A DNA stretch of 12,649 bases from Cinqassovirus ah1 (taxonomy: Duplodnaviria; Heunggongvirae; Uroviricota; Caudoviricetes; Straboviridae), in the IMG/VR virus record IMGVR_UViG_2974724611_000001, positions 1 through 12,649 of that record; one strand, given 5' to 3'. Positions 6,875-12,649 of this stretch are shown here, in pieces. The notes under the pieces are model-generated. The model ran no database searches and was not told the DNA's origin. It saw nothing but the letters and a program-made list of their open reading frames with translations. Both the position numbers and the translations under genes were made by a program. The first letter of the stretch is position 1. Every line of letters starts with the position of its first letter.

Positions 6875-7356
6875 TTAACGCCAGAACTCCCGAATCCAGA
6901 TTCGCCGCGTTCGGTGTTACGTGAAAATTCAGAAACTTCTTTTAGCTCGAATCCCTTAACATACAGATGAAATACCATCTGCACAACACGATCACCCGGC
7001 ACGATAGCCAGATCGTCAGTTCCTTCGTTACGCAGCTTGATCATGATCTCGCCGTGATAGTCAGAGTCGATAACACCAGCGGTATTAGCGAGACGGACAT
7101 AATGCTTGAATCCCAGACCGGAGCGCGGCAGAATGCAGCCATAAACACCGATATCGAGAAACACATTTGCGAGTTGCAGAGCACCAATATCCATTTTCAG
7201 GCCAGACGGAATCACAATATCTTCGCCCGGTTTCAGAACTACAGTTTCACCGATAGCGGCTCGCAGATCGATACCAGCGGCTTCGGCAGATTTGAAAGCG
7301 GGCAGTTCCCACTCAGGCAGATAATGAGGCAGTCGGATTACAGGAATAACATTCAT
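6871..7356 (-). CDS. dut: Trimeric dUTPase
   Basis: All five motifs are present: AGIDLRA, PRSGLG, GVIDSDYHG, GDRVVQ, RGESGFGSSG. Confidence 0.95.
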   Translation of the reverse strand: MNVIPVIRLPHYLPEWELPAFKSAEAAGIDLRAAIGETVVLKPGEDIVIPSGLKMDIGALQLANVFLDIGVYGCILPRSGLGFKHYVRLANTAGVIDSDYHGEIMIKLRNEGTDDLAIVPGDRVVQMVFHLYVKGFELKEVSEFSRNTERGESGFGSSGVK

Positions 7357-7994
7357 TCAGATTTTTCTCCATTTGCACTTATCTAAGTGTCTTCGTTTTA
7401 AGTTTTTATATTCGCCAACTTTATTACAATGTGGACATGTAACTACGTCAGACGGTTTGAATCCATTGCAATTTTTATGACAACGATTTATTACAATCCA
7501 TGACAACTCTTGTCTACAAACAATACAACAAGCCTTTGACTTCGGAACACCTTTTGTTGATTCCGATATCTTTTTTCTTTCCCAGTCAGCTCGAACTCTC
7601 CCGGTGACAGATTCGGCATGTTTTCTTATTTGTTCTGGTGTTTTTTGTGCGTCTTCCAATATCTTGGATTATTCTCGGATATCAGACGTTTGGTGTCATC
7701 GGAGTGATTTCTTCCACCGACACCACCTCTACATTTATTGTAGTAACGTGACGACTGGATTATTTCATCCGTAATAAGTTCGTTTTCTTTTTTGAACATG
7801 TCATCACGATTATTATATTCAAATAAAATCTCTTTTGTAAAGTTATTTTTCCCTAATTTCTTTAAATCTTTTTTAATTTCCACACCGGAACCCATATACC
7901 CGTCATCAATGTTATTGGTAGAATGAACCCCGATGTATTTTCTTCCGTCTATTTTATTTGTTATGCAATAGACTATGTTGAACTTTTTCTCCAC
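7357..7994 (-). mobile_element. Free-standing GIY-YIG (Seg-like) homing endonuclease gene, frameshifted at the A6 run (7646-7641); about 212 aa if repaired
   Basis: VYCITNKIDGRKYIG...GYMGSG...FTKEIL catalytic domain, NUMOD3-like HSDDTKRLIS and RKKISES repeats, C-terminal CPHC...RRHLDKC motif. AT-rich: 13/60 GC at 7801-7860 versus 30/60 at 7021-7080. Confidence 0.85.
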
Positions 7995-9010
7995 TTAGAT
8001 AGCCTTAGTTTTGCGGAAAGACCGGACACTATATTTGACTTCAAATAATCATGTATATCGTCAACGGAAACCCCCGCCTTTACCATATCATTTAGGTCTT
8101 TTTCATTTCTACCAAAATGATCCCATAATACCACTTTCTCGCCAGCGTCGATAAGCTTCTCCAAACGCTCTACCGTCTCTTTCGATCTCGGCTCGTTGTC
8201 TAGCACCCATACGCGCTTGCTCTTGAATGGAGCGTCGTTTAGATGCATGGAGCCACCGACGATAGCTAGAGAGTTTGGAATAAAAACACTGTCAATCGGA
8301 CCTTCAAAGTAAAAGACAGTTTTACTGCCGTCAACACGTTCAAGTCCATAAATTTTATTAGCTTGATCATCGGGCTTAACAGTCAGATATCGTTGATTCT
8401 TGTCAACATTACCCAATGCGCGTCCCTGAATACAGCTAACAGTTCCGTCTTGATTGTGAATAGGAATAACAAGTCGGTATTCACGATCAACGACCTTATA
8501 CGTCTCTGGCTTAATGTGATTGCTCAGAGCTTTCCAGTTGTCGGTGAAATAAAACAGTTTCAGTTTATCTTTCGGTATACAGCGATCAAGCATGTATCGA
8601 ACGACTGGATGATCTTCTCTCAGTTCGGATAGATTAACACAAAAAGGGAGATCAGAAACAACTTTTTTCTCTTTTTTCTCAAGTTTTGAACCAAGATTTA
8701 GATTGACTTCCTGGCGCTTTGGACGCTCGTTATCTTTGTACTTCTCTTTGATGTACTCACGGTATAATTCTTCGTGATACATCTGGAGATAGAGCGAAAA
8801 CGGCAACTGTTTGCCACAGTTGAAACAACCGTACCAAACTTGACCGTCTCGCTCATAAAACCAGCCACGCGATTTATACTTGTCTTTCTGCGAGTCGCCA
8901 CAAATGTGACAACGGAAGTTGTACTTGATTTCGTGTGCTCGACTGTGATCGGAAAACATCGGCAACACAAACGCGATCTGGTGTGCCATATGACGTTGTA
9001 GATAAAGCAT
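7973..9010 (-). CDS. 61: DNA primase
   Basis: Zn ribbon FRCHICGDS...WYGCFNC, RLVIPI, QGRAL, YFEGPIDS, WVLDNEPR, KDLNDMV. ATG 9010 follows GGAG. Confidence 0.95.
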   Translation of the reverse strand: MLYLQRHMAHQIAFVLPMFSDHSRAHEIKYNFRCHICGDSQKDKYKSRGWFYERDGQVWYGCFNCGKQLPFSLYLQMYHEELYREYIKEKYKDNERPKRQEVNLNLGSKLEKKEKKVVSDLPFCVNLSELREDHPVVRYMLDRCIPKDKLKLFYFTDNWKALSNHIKPETYKVVDREYRLVIPIHNQDGTVSCIQGRALGNVDKNQRYLTVKPDDQANKIYGLERVDGSKTVFYFEGPIDSVFIPNSLAIVGGSMHLNDAPFKSKRVWVLDNEPRSKETVERLEKLIDAGEKVVLWDHFGRNEKDLNDMVKAGVSVDDIHDYLKSNIVSGLSAKLRLSKWRKSST

Positions 9011-9020
9011 AGTTTCTCCA

Positions 9021-9048
9021 AACAAAAATGCCCCAATTAAGGGGCATT
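9021..9048 (-). terminator. Intrinsic terminator after the 61.1-like gene
   Basis: AATGCCCC-TTAATT-GGGGCATT-TTTGTTT on the minus strand, immediately after stop TGA 9054-9052. Confidence 0.8.
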
Positions 9049-9074
9049 GTATCAGCTTTTCTTTTTCTTATCAA
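9046..9074 (-). promoter_or_regulatory. Sigma70-type promoter for primase, overlapping the 61.1 3' end and terminator
   Basis: TTGATA (9074-9069), 17 nt spacer, TACAAT (9051-9046), with a TGn extended -10 supplied by the TGA stop codon. Confidence 0.68.
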
Positions 9075-9519
9075 TCTTTTTCGTCTGTCCAGCGCCCATA
9101 TCTGTAACAGAACCACTTTTCTCGCCAGTTGCGATCTTAGTAGCATCGCCACCACAATCACCGGAGACCATTTCGATCAGCTTGTGCAAATCGCTATCTT
9201 CTTCACACTCAACTAGCGGCATCCGAGATAGATCCGGCTCGCCATATTCTTTGATAACGGCGTTCCACCCCATCTTCACTGCCAATGCAGTCGTCCCAAA
9301 CCCACCACTAAATCGCTGAATTGTCTGTTTCAGACTTCTTACCATGCTATGAAACTTGGTATAATGCGATTTTTCTCTGGGAGTCTCAGGACGTCGCAAC
9401 ACGTTGCCTTGATCGTCAATGATACCTAGCTTATGCGCTTCCCACTTAGAGAAAGATTTCCCTAATAGAGTAGCTAAACGGTATGCGTAAACCGCATCCA
9501 TAATCGTCTTTGCACTCAT
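9052..9519 (-). CDS. 61.1: Conserved T4-like hypothetical protein of the gp61.1 type, 155 aa
   Basis: DAVYAYRL..LL.KSFSKWEA..LGIID..G.VLRRP.T..EK..YTKFH..VR.LK resembles the conserved ORF found between genes 41 and 61 in T4 relatives. SD GGAGGT. Confidence 0.75.
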   Translation of the reverse strand: MSAKTIMDAVYAYRLATLLGKSFSKWEAHKLGIIDDQGNVLRRPETPREKSHYTKFHSMVRSLKQTIQRFSGGFGTTALAVKMGWNAVIKEYGEPDLSRMPLVECEEDSDLHKLIEMVSGDCGGDATKIATGEKSGSVTDMGAGQTKKIDKKKKS

Positions 9520-9535
9520 AACACCTCCAAACTCT

Positions 9536-9543
9536 TATTTATG
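9536..9543 (-). promoter_or_regulatory. T4 late (gp55) promoter variant CATAAATA
   Basis: 7/8 match to TATAAATA, 16 nt upstream of the 61.1 ATG and directly after a terminator U-tract. Confidence 0.65.
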
Positions 9544-9562
9544 AAAAGGGGATTAAATCCCC
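9544..9562 (-). terminator. Intrinsic terminator at the end of gene 41
   Basis: GGGGAT-TTA-ATCCCC-TTTT on the minus strand; contains the gene 41 stop TAA (9555-9553). Confidence 0.65.
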
Positions 9563-11009
9563 CAATCAACCGCGTCGCTTGCATCATTCATCGCAGCAAG
9601 TTGTTCCATTTTATTCCGAGTGCTCATATCTTTGGCTTTCGCAACATTTTCCTTGTGTGTCGCTTGCATACGATCATTTGCATCATTCAGATTACCACCA
9701 AAATTACCTTCCGGCTCGGACCAACGCTGCTTGCTCTTGTCAACACAAAGATTGAAGCGTGAAAACTTGTTCTTATCGCCATAACGGGACTTGATCTGCT
9801 TCATCAATTGTTGGCCGATTTCGGCTAGTTCGTCTGTTTCCATAGCAGCAAGAATAAAGTCAGCAGTAGCAGCAAGACCAGCAGATTCAGCAATGTCTGA
9901 CATACTGATATCAGAACTATCCCAGCCACCACGAGTAGTTTGAGCAGCGGACCACACAACAACGTTATGCTCCACAGCAAAGCCACGCAGTTCCTCAGCG
10001 ATTGCTTTAACAAGCGTATAGCTATTCTCGGAATAAGCAGTCATACGCTTAGAGCACATGATACCGAGATAATCCACGATAACGATATCTGGCTTGAAAC
10101 CTTTCTTGATCTGCAAATCTGCCATCAAGTTGTTCAAGTGGTTGACGTTAGCCGCACCGGTTGGGAATTGCTTGACAACAAGCTTACCGCAGTTTTTCTG
10201 TTTCAGTGCGCCGAATCGACGCATAAAATCAGACTCAGAGATCAAGCCATCATCGATATCATCCAAGCTAACATCAAGCAAGTTGGCATCGATACGTTTA
10301 CCGCATACTTCTTCGCCCATTTCCATGGACACGTAAAGTACGTTATAACCCTGTAACAAATACTCACAAGCCAAGTGACACAGACCCAGAGACTTACCGA
10401 CGTTAACACCAGCAAGAATCAAGTTCAGTGTTTTACGCTCAACACCGCCTTTGGTGATTGTATTCAGAATGCGAGTTGTAAACGGAATCTTTTTAGCTTT
10501 CATCCGATAACTTTGGAATCGCGATTCAACATCATCAAAGTAATCGTGGCCGATTGCAATATTAAACGCAACAGCAAGAGCGTTTTTCATCAAATCGGGA
10601 ATAGCACCGATGTCGGCAATTCGTTTATCTCGTTCATCAAGAGGTTTAGCGTGATTCTCTTGAATTCGAATTGCTTCCGACAAAGCATTGTGCATCGCTC
10701 TTTCTTGACAATACTTCTCGGTTTCAGAAAGCAGCCAAGCGAGATCTTCCGGTACTCCAGTGAGTTCAGCGATACCAGCATATGCTTCGTCAAACTCAAC
10801 TTGCGCGATACCGGTTCGTTTCTCCAGTGCAATCACCAGCGCGTTATGAGTCGGAATAGTCTTGTATTCGTTGTAATGCTTTTGAATCAATTCGAAAATG
10901 ATTCGAATCGGTCCTCTCGGAAAATATTCCGATTTTAAGAACGGGAAGACTTGACGAAAGTATTCCTCAGAAACAAGGAGATTCGTGAGATAGATTGTTC
11001 GATTGACAT
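9553..11009 (-). CDS. 41: Replicative DNA helicase; true start probably ATG 11009 with a one-base loss near 10989 (the ORF track extends the frame to 11067)
   Basis: Walker A AGVNVGKS, YVSMEM, IVIVDYLGI, AEELRGFAVE, SAAQTTR, DIAESAGLAATADF, KQIKSRYGD match T4 gp41 (DnaB family). Confidence 0.95.
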
Positions 11010-11251
11010 TCACTACCTTCTTTGATTTGCGCTTGTATAGCGGCTTGAACATGTTTGAATAATTCATCTTTCATTATCTCTTCTTCACTATGGGGAGTGG
11101 ACCAGTCGATATGAACTTGTCCGTTAATATACGTTAGATCGTGAATATACACGATGAACGGATTGCCGTCAACAAGAATAACAAGCTCTTGCTTAACTGC
11201 TTTTAATGCGTCTTCTAGTACGTCTCGATAATTTCTTTCTTGGGCTTCCAT
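10967..11251 (-). CDS. 40: Head vertex assembly chaperone; the last ~14 residues are probably a frameshift artefact
   Basis: KQELVILVDGNPFIVYIHDLTYINGQVHIDW and ELFKHVQAAIQAQI align by eye with T4 gp40; position upstream of 41; SD GGAG. Confidence 0.82.
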   Translation of the reverse strand: MEAQERNYRDVLEDALKAVKQELVILVDGNPFIVYIHDLTYINGQVHIDWSTPHSEEEIMKDELFKHVQAAIQAQIKEGSECQSNNLSHESPCF

Positions 11252-11940
11252 TGGTGTCTCCGTTTGCTCTGATATTTCCAGCTCTTTTCAACAGATCGAC
11301 CTGCATTGTCCCACCAACGCTCTCGATGCATGAAAGCATCAACGAGACTGTTACGGCGAATCTGAGGAACATGAACATCGCACCACGGCTCAAGACACTG
11401 ACCATAGATACCGTCGTCGTAATACTCCATATCCAGCTCTCGCTCATAATCACTACAGCTGGTATCTTGTTTGCGCTTTGACTCGATATAGGCAAACATT
11501 TTACCGAAAATGTGACGATTGCGGCTACCATAAGCATGTTTACGAGCGCCACGATCATTCCACTGACGAGTCTTTGGCTTAACTTGTTTGTCGTATTCAC
11601 GCAAGATCAGAACAGGGTCAATCACTCTGTCCATGTCACCGAGAATGATACCAGCGCATGTAGAAAACCCTTTGAAAATATCAAACCAGCTTTCTCGTCC
11701 AGCAAAATTTTCTTTACGATACACAAGCCCAGTCAAACGATATCCGTCGTGAACGTGAAATCCGTTTTTATCGATGCCATCGCGAATCTCGTGGTAAAAC
11801 TTGGAGTAAGTACCAACGTGCAAATGAGTCCCGAATTTCCACAGTCGATTTGTGGACTTAACGAGATCGATAAGCTTGCCGTCTCTACGCTCACCGTTTG
11901 CAAACACAGCGGTGTGAACTTTTTGCAGATCGATTTTCAT
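11215..11940 (-). CDS. Hypothetical phage protein, 241 aa, with a basic Trp-rich C-terminus (WWD...KSWKYQSKRRHQWK)
   Basis: SD AAGGAGAG precedes ATG 11940; long open frame overlapping the gp40 start. Confidence 0.8.
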   Translation of the reverse strand: MKIDLQKVHTAVFANGERRDGKLIDLVKSTNRLWKFGTHLHVGTYSKFYHEIRDGIDKNGFHVHDGYRLTGLVYRKENFAGRESWFDIFKGFSTCAGIILGDMDRVIDPVLILREYDKQVKPKTRQWNDRGARKHAYGSRNRHIFGKMFAYIESKRKQDTSCSDYERELDMEYYDDGIYGQCLEPWCDVHVPQIRRNSLVDAFMHRERWWDNAGRSVEKSWKYQSKRRHQWKPKKEIIETY

Positions 11941-11957
11941 AATCTCTCCTTGATAAG

Positions 11958-11966
11958 ATAGTACCA
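11958..11966 (-). promoter_or_regulatory. Possible extended -10 promoter (TGGTACTAT) for the 241-aa ORF
   Basis: TGn plus TACTAT (11963-11958); the -35 at 17 nt (TATGTA) is poor. An alternative is ATTTAC-16-GATAAT. Confidence 0.4.
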
Positions 11967-11997
11967 GATTATCAGAGTCTTACATAAAAGTAAATGG

Positions 11998-12648
11998 TTA
12001 AACGTATTTGACTTCTCCTCTTCTTCTCATTTCTTTCCATCGTCTATTTTTTATTTGGAATTTATCTCTAAGCTCCTTTACAGTATCATACATGATTCCG
12101 TTGTATTCAACCTTTCGAGACGAACCGTTCTTAGCTCCTAGTTTGGATTCGGATCTTCTTTTGCTATCGAATTTGACTTGCATGTTTTTACATCTAATAA
12201 GTCGTTTCTCTTTGGGCTCATTCATTCGTGCCGTTCTGGATTTTTCGGACTTGTTTGACTTGATTCTTTCGTTGTATTGCTCTGAAAGATTATTGGATTT
12301 TACATACCAGTCTATGCTTCTTCCGGCGGCACGGAATCCTAGGATGTCGGACGTTTTGGACTTTGATCCACAAACTAGAAATGTTTCCCAACAGTGCTTT
12401 GCCATTTCATCATAGGATTTATAATCTCTTTTCTTTGCCCATGCTTCCTTTATGTTGTCACTTTGGAGCAGTGAGACGTTTTTTCTTATCTCAGCAAATC
12501 TTTTATTTCCTTTATTCTTTGCTGCCCGTGTCATTATGTTTGCTGCAAACCAAAGTTCCCTAATGCCATATATCCTAGCAAGTAATAGATGCGCTATGTA
12601 GTGTTGTTCTGGTCGCATTTCAACTAGATTATCAGGATTGTCTAACCC
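11998..12648 (-). mobile_element. Free-standing HNH (Mob-like) homing endonuclease gene, 5' end outside the window
   Basis: The frame is open to the window edge: GLDNPDNLVEMRPEQHYIAHLLL is the N...H..AH half of a Mob-type HNH motif. Basic C-terminus with VEYNGIMYDTVKE, typical of endonuclease DNA-binding tails. AT-rich (19/60 GC at 12001-12060). Confidence 0.82.
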
Positions 12649-12649
12649 T

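Noticed and set aside
7641-7647. Canonical X XXY YYZ slippery heptamer at the A6 run
   Set aside because: The in-frame reading is C AAA AAA, not canonical, and I saw no clear downstream stimulatory stem; only single-tRNA or transcriptional slippage remains possible.
9541-11961. Plus-strand ORFs opposite genes 41, 40 and the 241-aa ORF
   Set aside because: Antisense shadows; every recognisable gene in the window is on the minus strand.
1-12649. tRNA, rRNA, CRISPR array, self-splicing intron, intein or DGR elements
   Set aside because: Intergenic gaps are all under about 75 nt and occupied by promoters or terminators; there are no spaced repeats, and helicase, primase and topoisomerase lengths leave no room for inteins.

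Overview
A 12.6 kb segment of a T4-like (Straboviridae/Tevenvirinae-type) myophage genome, with all credible genes on the minus strand. In transcription order (right to left): partial HNH homing endonuclease, 241-aa hypothetical, gp40, gp41 helicase, gp61.1-like gene, gp61 primase, Seg-like GIY-YIG endonuclease, trimeric dUTPase, DexA exonuclease, two small ORFs, MazG-like protein, topoisomerase large subunit (gp39+gp60), CYTH protein, two hypotheticals and rIIA. A Dut-type dUTPase in place of gp56, no uvsX beside gene 40, and sigma70-like promoters suggest an RB16/RB43/KP15-like lineage (inference). Two patterns stand out. (1) Four to five reading-frame breaks (39/60, MazG-like, GIY-YIG, gp41 start, probably gp40 end) are each repaired by adding exactly one base. 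Sequencing or assembly error is the most likely cause; -1 recoding is not excluded. (2) Short intergenic junctions repeatedly superimpose a hairpin or terminator on a promoter, including a late-promoter cassette (61.1) insulated inside the helicase-primase operon. I did not find a clearly new multi-gene system; the CYTH, MazG-like and dUTPase genes are the best functional leads.
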